Source: Octopus vulgaris
Taxonomy: Eukaryota
Length of the DNA: 64,000 nt
NCBI GenBank assembly: GCA_951406725.2
Contig: OX597830.1
Coordinates: forward strand, 1,674,001 to 1,738,000
Direction of reading: 5' to 3'
A program made the translations under genes and the position numbers. Of the stretch, positions 9,646 through 22,835 are shown piece after piece (position 1 is the stretch's first letter; each line of letters begins with the position of its first letter). The notes beneath the pieces were generated by a model. The model did no database searches and had not been told where the DNA came from. It was given only the letters and a program-made list of their open reading frames with translations.

Positions 9646-9746
9646 ACACTTTTTTTTCTGCAAAATAGGGGTAGCTTATCCTGTTCAGGCTATATTATTA
9701 GCAGTATCCTGCGTTTGAGAATTTAAAAAATCATATATATATATAT

Positions 9747-10290
9747 ATACAAATAAATGAAAGAATGGAGTTGAACGACGAATTAACAAAATTCCTTTAT
9801 TTTATTTTCGACATATGTTTCGAAGGCTGCATATTCCTAATTTCGAAGGAAGAAGGGGTGCATTATGCCGCCTTCTCATCACGAAAAGTAAGGAACTTAT
9901 GTTAGCATCAAGATGCACAAAATCTTTTAGATGACTGCCCACACGGAGCTCATAGCGATAATGAGTGTTTCTTTAAAATATTCCGTTATAAGCAGTGACG
10001 TCAGAAATGGTTGAATGTAGAAGATTAATGCACCCCTTATTCCTTCGAAATTAGGAATATGCAGCCTTCGAAACATATGCCGAAAATAAAATAAAGGAAT
10101 TTTGTTAATTCGTCGTTCAACTCCATTCTTTCATTTATTTGTATTTAAAAAAACCCACACAAATTCCCACACGATAGCACGTGATCTCTGCCCTAGGCAT
10201 GTAGCTTCAACCGTGTTTTTCTGACGTGAATTTGCTACCCAGGTATCGGTTAACCGAATTATCCATAATAAGATAATTCATTCAACTACT
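9747..10290. mobile_element. Penelope-like pLTR relic in (TA)n, tail-to-tail arrangement with a 119-bp inverted repeat
   Basis: Arms 9747-9865 and 10026-10144 (2 mismatches seen). Contains a hammerhead-like fold. Flanked by (TA)n. Confidence 0.75.
9805..9887 (-). ncRNA. Type I minimal hammerhead ribozyme fold with a C3G core change
   Basis: Minus strand reads TTTTC-GTGATGA-GAAGGCGGCAT...ATGCAGCCTTC-GAAA-CATATG-TC-GAAAA: stem I, core, long stem II, palindromic stem III, GUC cleavage site. Confidence 0.7.
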
Positions 10291-11559
10291 ATATATATAT
10301 ATATATATATTTTAATAGTATGCAGCAGCATTCTCATGTAAAATCCATAAATACGTTATTCTTGTAGGAAGTGAGATTAATGTGTTAAGATTTGGGATTT
10401 AGTTGGTATGTAACCAGCTCTTTGTTATTGGTATGTTGCTCTCGGTCAGCTATCATCAAGCCTTCCTACAACAGATATTCGGTGGAATAACGTTTCACAT
10501 CTTCCCGAATTTTTCATCGTTCTGCTTTGCTGAGATTCTTACTACTCACTATAAAATACAGCAACGTCTCGTATGGATTACTCTATAGTCGTCTGGCCTT
10601 GCAGCGTGCTTTATGAGGCACAAGGAATGTCTGTTGACCGTATATTGTTGTGATGGCCATAAGAAGACTCAAGAATTGCGGACTCAAAGCATGAGACTTA
10701 ATTTAATATGAGTCAATGACTGTCACCTTTATAAGACTGAGGCAGGGAATCAATGCACCAGCTTTTTATAATCTTACTTCGTGTTTCCTCTCGCAGTTTT
10801 TGAGATTGTGATTCTTTTATTCTGAAAGAAGTATTAAGTAAATATTAGCAAAAGCAGCTTTTGAGGTTACTTCATTTGACTTAGATTCATTTTTACTTCT
10901 TTTTATTTTCTCTGAACATCTATTCACAGATTCGAAAACGAATTATTACCTGATAATCTTATATTATAAGAAGAGAAGAATTGCGTTTAAAAACTTACCT
11001 TCTTCGGTGTTTGTACCAAGTTCACAAAGCACATTCAGAACAATATCCCCCACCAATATATCATTGAGGCAGCTTAGGAATTACTTAAAATTACAAAATG
11101 TTTTCAAGTTCTATAGACGAAATGAAAATATAGTTTTCCAGTTAAGAAAGTGATCAGTATGTCAAATTTGACATAAATGGACTGTCAAAGATGGAGCTAA
11201 ACGGATGATTGATATAAGTAGCATATACGTGTGTGTAAGAAGTAACAACTAATTGTGTGTTCGCGTGTATATACATATATATATGTATATATATATTTAT
11301 ATATACAGTTAATCGTTACTCCACGCGCACACACAGACACACACAAGCACACACGCAGCGAGTCTATGAGTGCAATAAATGTAACTATACAGCTTTGTAT
11401 GTCATAGATTAGTGATATATAAACTTAGTAACTGTACAAAAATGCCATGCCAGAAATTTTTTCATATATTTTTCTTTAAAGAAGCAGCAGCTGTCTTTCT
11501 CTCTAAAATATTGGCTGATATTTCCATGTCAAATTACTTTCTCTTTCCTATTTTCTCCT

Positions 11560-12850
11560 ATGGTAGCACGGCAGATCCAATAATTTGATTGTGCTTAATT
11601 GTCTCAAGAGGGAGACAATGAACTACGGTCGTGTTTCCCAGTGTGAATGACACATTTGAGGGAGACGTCAATGTCACCGCTCACCCTGCTAGACATAACT
11701 GCTAAAGACTGGGCAGTATATTTCAGGATATACAAAAATACGATTGGAAACGGCTTCTGTTAAAAGTTTGCTCACATGTCATATGCGAATCTTTGAATAT
11801 AGTTGAAGACGTTCACTGGGATAGAAATATATATCACGTGGTTTTAGAACGTGTGCACAGACGAACGTTCTGAGGTTATCGTCTTTAAATAATTATAAGA
11901 TGTTTTCAATAGACTAAAACTGACGATATCTTCTTCTGCCAAAGTTGTGCTACTGCAGTTTGATTTTATTTTTATAGCATTCTTTCCAGTATTTCCAGTA
12001 ACTCATGAAAGTTTCAAAAATACAAATTCATTCAGTTACGTCTCCACAAATGAAGTCAATGTCTTTTCCTTGTTTGCCATCCTGATTTATATGTAAAATT
12101 TCTATAGCAGTATCGTAGAGCTTGCAGAAGCATTTAAAACAAACTTTTCTTGTGACAGGCAACGACCCTCTGCAGAAAAGAGTTTGCTTTTAAATTTTGA
12201 GACTCTGTAACTCGCAGAGTAATGTAGTGTATAAAGTAGGAATTTTGATATTGTTATCAACAAAACTGCTGCTAAACTGGAGACTGTTGCTTAACAAACC
12301 CTTCAACGACAATGTGATGATGATACCATGTGAATTTGCAAATAAATTATTTCCTTTGCATGTGTATTACCTGACCATTTTTCAAACCTCTCATGTATCA
12401 TACTGCTGAAAAGATTTTTATTTCCAAAGTAATATTTTAATACCTTTCTCTTTTCAATGGCATTTACCGAAAATATCTCTCTCGTGGATTTACTTTTCTT
12501 TAACAAGCTCACATCGGTCATCAATAAAGCCTTCTTACATCACGTAATTGACTTCTCATGCTGCATGTTAAACACATTTTGATGTGGGACATCATGCACA
12601 ACTGGTTTTCAAAACCTTTCACTATTTCGTCCATCCGGCAAAATAGTTTTATTACTGAGAGCAACTGACTTAAAATATCTCTATCAGCCTAAAGGAGAAA
12701 TATATCAACTGAGAATAGTAATAGTGTGTCTTCAAATATAAATGATTTCCACATTAACCTATTCGATTTGATGTCTTCTGTAAAGCAATGAGTCAAAAAT
12801 CATGTTTAGCTGTATTTTTGTACCTTATCTAAAGTATGGTGCCATTCAAA
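11560..12850 (-). pseudogene. Possible ancient hAT (Buster/Charlie-like) transposase fossil
   Basis: Minus-strand peptide KLFSAEGRCLSQEKF (~12145-12190) resembles hAT L..HTEVRWLSRGK. Weak YPE and HE-like traces lie in the expected order. No TIRs found. Confidence 0.3.
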
Positions 12851-14625
12851 TGCCTCCTTCGCTATTTGTAATTAAAGCATATCAATATATTATTATACAC
12901 ATATGCTTCCGGGAACTTTCGTGTAAAGTGCACTTTTAAATTTTATAGCATAATAACTTCATATTATGAGATATTTTCACCTAACTCAACGATCGTTTGA
13001 AGCAATATAACCATATTCCAATTAATTTCTGTAATATTGAGGAATTTTGTTTATATTCATTTGGTGAAGGGGCGAAAAATGAGCAATGCCATGTGAATCA
13101 ATTCGACAATTTTCTAACTTAAATGATAAGAGATAACTAAAATATACCAGAAAAATCTTAATAAACGATGTTGAAACAAAATAATATAAAAAACTTATAA
13201 AAAATTCTTTTTTAAATTATAAATTTTACATCCTAACAGTGAAACGGAAATTACTTGCTACAAAAAATAAGATGATGACATATAAAAAAATGCTTTTCTT
13301 GAAAAATAAATGTTTAATTTGTATTTTTGATTTACTGTGGTGTAAACAGTTTTGACGGCATTAAAACAGACGACATGTAAAAGTACATATTTTTAAAATA
13401 TGTTCCTAAAACAGAAACAAATATTTGTTTAAATGACGAATTGAAAACAGAAGCGACTCGGTACTGAGAAATATATTTATTTTCAGTGTAACCCTCTCAA
13501 ATTTGAAATCTACAAGGAAAATCATCTTTTTGTTGCGACAAAAACTAAGCTTTAACATTTTAAATGCCAATCTCAGGATTTCGGTTACAAGCATAATTTT
13601 AATGTTTTCTATATTTCCTCCAAAGTACTTAAGTGCCCAAGCAGGGCAGTTATAAAGTCATATGCCTGGAACCGAAACCATTGCTGTGTGAGTAAGGACC
13701 AAAATATAAATGTTGACCATTGAGTTGCAGAATTTCAATTGTAGAAAATCAAAACCTATATGAAATCTGGTTACAATTTAGAATGAAACTGTTGTGGACT
13801 GGAACTAAACTATTTTCATTTTTTTGTCATTAAATTAGCTGATGGAAAAGTAGTAAGACAAATTTAAGCCAAGAATAGAAACCAGATGGAAATGGTGCAG
13901 CATCAAGATTTATGAGTTCTTTTATCAAAGCTGAAACTAAATATCGCAAATTTTGGCGCTGGTCGTCAGTAAGAAGGATTATATTAACAAACGATAACTG
14001 CTATCTTAATGATTCTTGCTTTAATCATATTCATAAATAATGGCTGCTATTTTAATTATCCTTGCTATGATAATGATAATGCCAGCAATAGTCAATATCT
14101 TCGATAATGATTATTCTTACTGTTGAAGTCATATTAATACATTTTCTACCTTTTAGAAAGTTTAATTTTCCAGTGTAGCTTTTCAGTGCTTGAATCTAAT
14201 GAGATGACATGAAAGCGATGTGGGCAAAGGAAATTTTCTATTGTTGTTGTAATTCTTTGCAGAAAGATGTGTTCAAATGAGCTTTCTGTTCGATTTCGTG
14301 AAAATAATTGCGATGTCAACATAGAACTCTTCAGACTTCAGAGCCATAACTTAACGTCTTCGTTGTCCTGCAGTCAAGTATTCCTCTATGTAAGAGACCC
14401 TTAAAAGGTTTCAAAAGTAAATAGTTGCTATCATTCTTCACTCCTGATTAAATAAGTCAAACATTTACATATACTTTATTTTCCAAATATATAAAATCAC
14501 AAACACTGGATTATAAATTTGTTTTGAGGAGAAAATAATTCTAAATTTTCCGGTAGAATATTTCAGAAGAAACAGGTTGTTTCTTAGGGTTGGGAATCTA
14601 CTTATTCAGCAATAAATAACTCACC

Positions 14626-14692
<67 letters not shown>

Positions 14693-16711
14693 TTTCCCGT
14701 CCCCCACTCTCTCTCTCTCTGACGTAAGATCCAAACGAAATCATTAAACATCTCTTTTCCTGAAGATATCAACATTTATTCCACAGTTTAAACTTACTCC
14801 ATTCCTCACCTTTTGCCACTAAGGTCCTCATTAATTCTCTCCGATTCTTCTGTTTTACTTTATAACAATGACTTTCTTGTGTAATCCTCCCATGACAAAT
14901 AGCATATCGATTTCTTCCACTAGCAGCAAAGTTCTTTCCAAATAACCTGGACATTTCGAAATATTACTTTCAAACATTCGGCTAAATATTTTCCTGGAAT
15001 GCTGTTGGAAATTTTGCTATAGAAGCTGTATTGTAGTTAAAGATGATGTCGCAGAAGTAAATTCCCTCTAAACCTCTGTTCTCTGTTTTCAGCGTGATTT
15101 CTAACTTCTGTATCAAGAGGCAATATTTTTCCTGATAAGTTACCTTCAACACATTGCATCACAAATCATTCTTCCCCGTGAACTATTTATGCAAACCTTT
15201 TTACTATTTCATGTGATATATGTGCTTCTTGATAATAAATACGTTGAGCCGGAACATTCTTTCTCTCGAACAATTTACGAGAAAATAAAATGAAGATATA
15301 TATTTCCTACATGCAGTGTTTAAATCTTTAAGACTGGAGAATGTTGTCTGATGCCATAACCTGCATGTAGTAATAACACACTGAGTAATGAAATCAAAAG
15401 TGTATTTATTTGAATTTAATTGAAGGAGAAATTATTTCACGAAATCTCCTGCTGATTTCTTGTTGGAAATAGTTTTTTTCCCTACAATAATGATTAATTC
15501 CTTTGAATTCGTTTAATTTTCCCTGGAACATAACATATTTCATCCAACACAACAGCCGATGTATCAACCTATTTCTTCAGATAAATTATTTTAAACAGTT
15601 ACTTGCGCTTCTATTGAATATTCCCGGTTGAAATTCCCATTTCATATGAAGTTGCTAAAGAATTTCTTTTCTAAGCGAAATAAATTGAAATTGTAGCTTT
15701 CCTTACAACATCTAATGATAAATTTATTGTAAACTGCTTCGTGAATTCTCAGTTTTAATGGTTATGCATGAGAAAGAGAATGTGTTTGGGATACAAGTTT
15801 GTTTCGCGGATTAAAATAAGTTTTGTTCTAACAAGTATTTCTATTTTTTAAAATTTTTCCGTGAGATAAATCAAAGCCCGGACAAAATGCTAAAGATCTT
15901 ATTTCTTTTCCTTTGGAACGGCAGAACTAAAATCCTCTCTATAATATAGCATCGTTATTTTTAAAGCACATTACCGTATATAATTCGAGCCCTTATCTTT
16001 TAACTATTAACCGGATTTTACCCTTCAAATTAAACGTGAAAATGAAAATGACTGATTCAACTGCCACTCATTTATCATCTCTTAAAATAATTTTAAAAAA
16101 CTTCAAGTCCACGAGTGGTCATCTACATAGTTGTTCCGCCTACTAGAAATAACAACCAAGTCTCCTATATATTACATCCAAACGTCTTACCAAAGAAATA
16201 AAATGGACAATGAAGTTACTTTTGCCTACGAATTAGCTGACAAGAATTAAATTACCAATTGCTAGAAGGAAAGTTCTTCTGTTCGCCTCTTCTCAACTCT
16301 TCAGATCCTCTATAACGAGATTTTCAACCATCAATCAGTTTTATGATGCATCTCATTTCACAGAACAAAAGCATTTAACCAATGGACCATATCTCCTGGG
16401 GGTTTGTCCTGCATCTATACCGGACAGCTCTTCAAACTAGCAGACCATCAGTTGCATCACACTTCATAGACGGGAGAGTTTGCAAATCATATGAACACGT
16501 TTTCTTACCAGAAAGTCTTCGCTAAAACAAATTCAAGATCTCTGTAAACAAACCACATCCAAACACAGATTTGTTTTCAGTTGATAAAATGGCCGAGTTC
16601 ATTAACACAAATTTTCCAAAAATTCAACTACTAACAATAATTAATCTGTCAAACAGACTTAACTTAAAATGCATCGTTCCTCAGTATGCTAGAGATAGCA
16701 GCCAATGATAG

Positions 16712-17380
16712 CAGGCATGGCTGAGTAGTAGAAAATTTGCTTCTCAACCATGTAGTTTCGAGTTCATTCCCATGACGTGGCAACTTAGGCAATTATCTTC
16801 CACAATAGCCTTGGACTGACCAAAGTAGATTTGGCAGAGGGAAACTGAAAGAAGCCCATCGTGTATATGTATTTATATATACATATGTGTGTGTAAAAGT
16901 ATATGCATCTCTCTCTCTCTCTCTCTCTCTCTAAATATATATATATATATATATATATAGGGAGAGTTTACAAAAAAACGAAGACAGGTGGTGTACAAAA
17001 CAAACAGATGTATTAGTATAACGCTCTGGAATAGAAAAAAGTATTTTACATTTCAAGCCTACGCGCTTCTACAGAAAGGGACACAGAAAAAACAAGGAGA
17101 CAAAAAGTGTGTGTAGTGGCTAACGATCTATCATGGATATATATATATATATACATACATATATATGTCATGATCTAGGAGTGACTTTGCATCTGCCTAT
17201 GTTCAATACCACAGCTTCACAACCGGTATTAATATGATTACGACCTGACGGTTTGGCAAAAGCAACCGATAGAATAACTACTAACTTTAAAATATAAGTA
17301 CCTGGGGTTGATTCTTCAAGGTGATGCCCCAGCATGGCCGCAGTCTAAAGACTGAAACAATCGAAAAGTATAAGATAGAA
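16712..17380 (+). mobile_element. Second tRNA-SINE family (microsatellite middle, CCCCAGCATGGCCGCAGTC..GACTGAAACA tail), interrupted
   Basis: Head GCAGGCATGGCTGAGTAGTAG..GAGTTCATTCCC and GGAAACTGAAAGAAGCCC. Tail at 17327-17370. Related head near 49290-49430. Confidence 0.6.
16960..17136 (-). mobile_element. Penelope-like solo pLTR relic in (TA)n with a degenerate hammerhead
   Basis: Between (TA)n tracts. Minus strand CTTT-CTGTAGA-AGCGCGTAGGCTT-GAAA-TG-TA-AAA at 17044-17078. Confidence 0.5.
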
Positions 17381-17445
17381 AACGAATTTGGAACCCGGCT
17401 TGTTCAGTCATATTACGTTTGGGTTTCATCAGTAATTGTTTCAAA

Positions 17446-17642
17446 TGTTAGCGCAAAACCAGCAGTTTAAAGGAGAAGGCCTAATTAATTACATTGACCC
17501 CATGGATTCACTTGTGCTGAGGTTAATTACATTGACTGCGAAATGATGAAAACCAAAGTTGTCCTTTCTGGTATTTGAAATCAGAAACGTAACGTCCCGG
17601 AAGAATTGTCGTTGAGTAGAAGCGTTAACCATTTTGCCACCT
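17446..17642 (-). mobile_element. Diverged CORE-type SINE (tail type A)
   Basis: GTTTCAAATGTTAGCGCAAAACCAGCAG tail, GGTATTTGAAATCAGAA B-box, TTAACCATTTTGCCAC head, all in reverse orientation. Confidence 0.6.
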
Positions 17643-17774
17643 CGCGGACTTACACTTAATGCAGGACCACAGCATAGTAACAACAACAACAACAACGACG
17701 ACGACAGAAACAACAATAACAACAAAAATAGTAGCAACTGCAAAAGCGGCAGCAATTATTTAACATCATTTTTG

Positions 17775-18262
17775 ACTGCGCCAGACTGCCGATTCGGTTG
17801 CCTTGGTCTCCGATCTGCAGTGGACCTGACCCTGCCGGCCTATCTGTCGTCGGTCTCCTCATACGAATGTCCAATGCACTGGGGCGGCATCAAATGCAAG
17901 TCCAACCTCGCACGGCCAGATACATCATTAGACCAGCACCATCTTGCCTGCCTCAGTTTCGCTTGGCAGCCAAATACCGGCGCATTATCTACGCTAGCCT
18001 TCCAGATGATGAGTGCACCCGTATCGGAGTGTACCGACGCTTCGGTCTCTGCGTCTGTGAGATGAACAATTGTCGCTACCGAGCAGTAGAAGATGAATTC
18101 GTCCTACATCCTTTATCCTGCAGCTTTAGCGTGAGCTGATTAACCCGACACGCCGCTCTGGATGACATATTCAGAAGAGGTCCTTACGCGGCTGGTTTCC
18201 CGTCTCAACTTGAGCTAGCAGGTCTCGACTGCGAGAATGGTAAGCGACCAGACGGAATAGCC
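17775..18262 (+). pseudogene. Fragment of an RLE-type non-LTR retrotransposon (CRE-like)
   Basis: CRFGCLGLRS, then across frames H(P)LSC..RHAALDDIFRR..AGFPSQLELAGLDCENGKRPDG (RH and KRPDG motifs of a restriction-like endonuclease). GC-rich relative to flanks. Confidence 0.7.
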
Positions 18263-18273
18263 CTCTGTTTTCT

Positions 18274-18306
<33 letters not shown>

Positions 18307-19303
18307 GTGTGTGTGTGTGTGCGTGTGTGTGTGTGTGTGTGTGTGAATTAATCCTGATAAAGTAATGTATGTTGAGACACTCACGTGTTTAATGAAATGT
18401 GAAATATTTTAACGTTAAATACATTTCCTATGAAGAATCCCAAGATAAAACCTGGCATCTATTTTATCAATCAGAAACATGAAAGGCACCGTTAACAAGG
18501 ACCGGATGTGAACTCGCAGTTAGAAGATTACAATCTTAGTGGCATTTTATCTGGCACTCTGTTATTTCTTCCTCTCCCACGTCTTTGATTAAACTCCATA
18601 ATAAACGTGCGAAATTGCCTTAGCTTCTGCTGAACATTGCAGATTTCAGTGAGCCTTAATTATGCGTCAAACCGTCTTTCAGCACTCATCTAATTATCTC
18701 GTTAGTATTTTACCGCTTTTTGTTAACAGTATCCCTGTTTTAATTTTCATTAACCGTTCAAACAAAGTGAATAGATTCTTATCAAAGCCGATATTTCGAA
18801 ACATTAAAATTTCAACTCTATCCTTCATTCAAATGTGTCTTGAACCCATTCATTATGCAATTTATTTCTCGAGATTAAGTGGATTTTGTGTTTATGATTA
18901 ACGGATAGCAGCGTGACAATATATAAGCAAAAACATATTGGATATATCGAGATACGATTGGTTGATAGTGCATTCGTCTATGATTAGTAACTAAACAATC
19001 TATTGTAATATGTGTCACATTTTCATCTATTCACTATTGAATAGATGTATGTTTTAGCTGGGATATTATCACATTACTTCCATTCATTAAACCTTTGAAT
19101 ATTAATTAAGCATTTCGACTTACTTACTCTCCTGAAGGGATGAAAAGCGGTGACGCTTGTTTCAGCAAAAATTGGAGAATTTTGAATCAAGGCAATAAAT
19201 GTTTGAATTAAAGAACTTCAATTCTTCAAATGTTTGGAAGTAAAAAATATAAAAAGAAACTTCAGTGAACAGTCACAACACATCATAATGATGATAGTAT
19301 CAC

Positions 19304-19378
19304 GGGCATATGGTGTACTGGTTAAGAGCGCGGGCTACTAACCACAAGATTCCGAGATCGATTCCAGGCAGTTACCTC
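19304..19378 (+). mobile_element. Short tRNA-derived element with (AAT)n tail
   Basis: TGGTGTACTGGTTAAGAGCG A-box/D-arm, GGGCTACTAACC anticodon arm, GAGATCGATTCC T-arm, followed directly by (AAT)n. Confidence 0.65.
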
Positions 19379-19414
<36 letters not shown>

Positions 19415-19425
19415 TATACCCCCAA

Positions 19426-19471
19426 GACACCTGATGAAGACTGGAGAGTATATCAGCGGAAACGTTGTGTT
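19426..19471 (+). ncRNA. Minimal hammerhead ribozyme fold (Penelope pLTR type)
   Basis: GACAC-CTGATGA-AGACTGG..TCAGCG-GAAA-CG-TT-GTGTT. Intact CUGAUGA/GAAA core, stem I GACAC/GTGTT, palindromic AACGTT, imperfect stem II. Confidence 0.65.
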
Positions 19472-19550
19472 AACAACAAACAAGACGAGGACAAATATCC
19501 GTCAAATGTAAATAATGTGAATAATGTATATCACTACTACTACTGACTAC

Positions 19551-19597
<47 letters not shown>

Positions 19598-21554
19598 GTT
19601 TCAAATTTTGGTACAAGACCAATAAATTTAAGAGAGCAGTTCAGTTCATTATATTGAATGCAATATTCAACTACTACTTATTTTATCGACCCATTTATAT
19701 TTGTGTAGGTTATGGTGTGTATGTGTGTGTGTGTTGAATATTAAAATTCATCAGTGTTTATAGAATAGTTATAACATAATTTCGAAAAATGAAAGTAATT
19801 GTCCCTGTTTCTCATATGATAACCATAAATATGCATCGTGCAATCCTTTCGAATTCTAGATCCACATTCTCATTATTCTGAGATTTAGGGTTTTTCGATT
19901 TTACATTACTTAGAAAGTTTCCCAGCGCCCAAAACTGCATGCAGTCACCGATTTATTACTGATGTATATATTTCAAGGGATGCTTTCAATTACTTTGCTT
20001 AGGAATAGCAAAGACTATATTTGAGAGAAATTGTTAAAATTAAAATCTAATATTATGTTTTTAATAAATGTTAAAGATGTAGTGAGTATTTCCCATGATG
20101 TTTGTAGCCTTACGCATTTAGCCCCGCACACATACACACAAACTGGCCCGACTAATGCAATTGATGCTAGACCTGAACATCTCTAAGTTATTGCGTGCAC
20201 AATAGATTAATAATTGGATTCTAATTCGTAGAATAGTAGAAACACTGGCAAACGGAAATGTGTTAATGGAATAAAATAGCAGAGAAAAATGTTACAATTT
20301 TGCAAAACTCAGAATAAAAAAACATCTCATTTTATTTAAATTCTATAAATATTACTTAAACAGATATTAGTTTTAATCTCTTGGTAATTGGCAATGCCTC
20401 ACATGTACACGATGACAACATAATTTATATCATGGCATTACACCAATATGAACAGACAAACAATACGTAGAGTTACTATGCAAAATAAAATAAGTCATCT
20501 TCTGAATTTGAACTTTTGTATTATGACTTTCTTGTCTGTGATTGTTTCACCTGTGATGTTTTTCAGCGACATTTTTTCGTTGGGCTACATCTGTCATGTA
20601 AAAGATAAATCTGGATGCACAGCCTTGTTTACATCGCAAGACCAAGAAAAGCTTAACTGTGATTATTGCAGAATCGTTTTCTATGAACCACGAGTTCTAC
20701 CTCAGAGTGAACTCTCTATAACCAAATTGATAAACACCTGGTGACATGTTGCATGAATGCTTCTGGAAATATATTTCTGCAAGGTAGGTGACTAAATATT
20801 TCCATTATATCCAAGATAGAGTGGTAGGTGTTAATACAATATTTCTAACTGTAGGAATGGGTAGATATTAAAGAGATGATCAACAACTGTTATCTTAAGA
20901 TATCGTTCATGTACATGAGAAGTTGAGAATTGAAACAGCATAGTTTAGAAATAAAGATTACCACATTAGGCTTACACATGTTTTTTGTTGTTTTTTTTTC
21001 TTGTTTTTTGTTGTTGTTGTTATCTGAATGAATTTTTGTTCCTTTAAACTTTGTTGATTTCTTGACATTGTCTTTTGGGCAAAGATATTCCAGCCATGCC
21101 CTTTCTGCCTTTCTCTTCGTAAAATGGTTATCCTCTATGAATTACCACTTTCAGATAACAAGTCGAATGACCCCATACAGATTATTCCACTGAATTGATA
21201 GTTGTAAGCAGTCGAGTAATAGATAAGCGTAAGAGTATGACAGGAGAAACCAATCGGACGACGAGTACGGTTGGAATTGTTCGTGGTAGCAATGAAATAT
21301 GCGAACGAGACATTCTAAGACTGGAGATTCGTAGCAATTGCACTTGAGCACGAATGAGTCGGTGCTAATAATCGATAGGTAGTACTCTCTACAAACAGTA
21401 AAGAATTTATCTTCATCGTCCAACGCAAATTGCTGATGTTTTACAGAAATATCTAAAAATATTTCTGTTTATCGTTTTTCCTCTCACAATTTTCTCTTTG
21501 TTTTCATCATTGTTAACTCGTCTTCCGCTCCTCTCTCTCTCTCTCTCTCTCTCT

Positions 21555-21591
<37 letters not shown>

Positions 21592-21760
21592 CTTCTCTGC
21601 CTATCTCTCTCCTTATCTCTTTCTGTGTTTCATTAGCAATCTGTCTTCCGATAAATTGTTTGGAAAATATAGAAATAGATAAGACGCTCAGTTTGAACGG
21701 ATTTCTCTCCAGACAAACTGACTACTTCTTAAATACACATCTACGAATGTATGTATGTAT

Positions 21761-21836
<76 letters not shown>

Positions 21837-22634
21837 CATTTATACACAGATGTATACATACACACACACACATAAATATATGAATACATAGACATAAATG
21901 TATATATCTCTGTACATATATTTATATTTGATTTTGTGTGTCTGTTTTCTGTGTGTATGTGTGTACACAGATATAGACTGACAGACAGACATATAAATAG
22001 TTCCATGGAGAAAGTGCGAAATTAATATGGTGTGAAGAGTAAACTAGCTGGCTGTCATAAAAGTTTTGACCCAGTCTTTTCTAAACAGACACTGAAATCC
22101 CAAGTCACTTTGATTCTTCAATCACTGCTCATTATTTGATCAATACCAGGTGGAAACAAAAGAGCTGCTCCATAACAAACCTCTCGATAACAAATCGAAT
22201 TCTTTTATCCTTTCTCTGATGCTCTCATTCTACAATGACGCTTATTGTCCTAATTTTCTATCTTTTATCAATATATTTTATTTCCGCAGTTATGAACATT
22301 GCCTATTTGAAAACCAGCGCAGTCAACCAACTGGAACCTAGCGAATCAATAAGCGAGCCTCTTTCACGTTATTCCCATTTACTAATTCTGAATGTTTTCA
22401 GGCCCGGTTCCAATCAATCGGGACTAACCAGGGGCTAAAAAATACAAACGAAAACAAGTTATTAGTATCCCAGCCTCAGGCTATATTTATCTTGAGGTGG
22501 TGGCATGTGTGTGAGAGGCGTGTGTGGAGTGTGTCTGCGGTGGTGGAGCGTGTTTGTGTACGGGGGCGCGTGTGTTGCTTAAGGCTTGGCCTTCGATTTT
22601 TAAAATTAACTTTTATAAATCATTCAATCTTGCA

Positions 22635-22835
22635 ACGAGTAAGCTGAATCGCGAGGCAAAATGTTTAGCGGCATTACGTCCGCCTTTACGTTCTGAGTTC
22701 AAATTCCGCCTAGGTCCATTTTGCTTTTCATCCTCCGGGATCGATAAAATAAATATTAGTTGAGCATCTGAGTCCATGGAATCGACTTAACCCCTTCCTG
22801 AAATTACTGATCTTCTGCCAAAATTTGAAACCAGT
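22635..22835 (+). mobile_element. CORE-type SINE (tail type A)
   Basis: CTGAGTTCAAATTCCGCC..TTTCATCCTCCGGGATCGATAAAAT..GCCAAAATTTGAAACCA. Confidence 0.8.

Noticed and set aside
14760-15640. Possible decayed helicase on the minus strand (VVLDEICYV, AGDF)
   Set aside because: Only two short motif-like words, no Walker A found, and many stops. Not supportable without a profile search.
19304-19378. Functional tRNA gene (also 9571-9645)
   Set aside because: Acceptor and T stems are broken, and the 19304 copy runs straight into an (AAT)n tail. Better explained as SINE heads.
20448-21423. ORFs 20448-20744 (+) and 21151-21423 (-) as host genes
   Set aside because: No recognisable domain or consistent coding exon structure.
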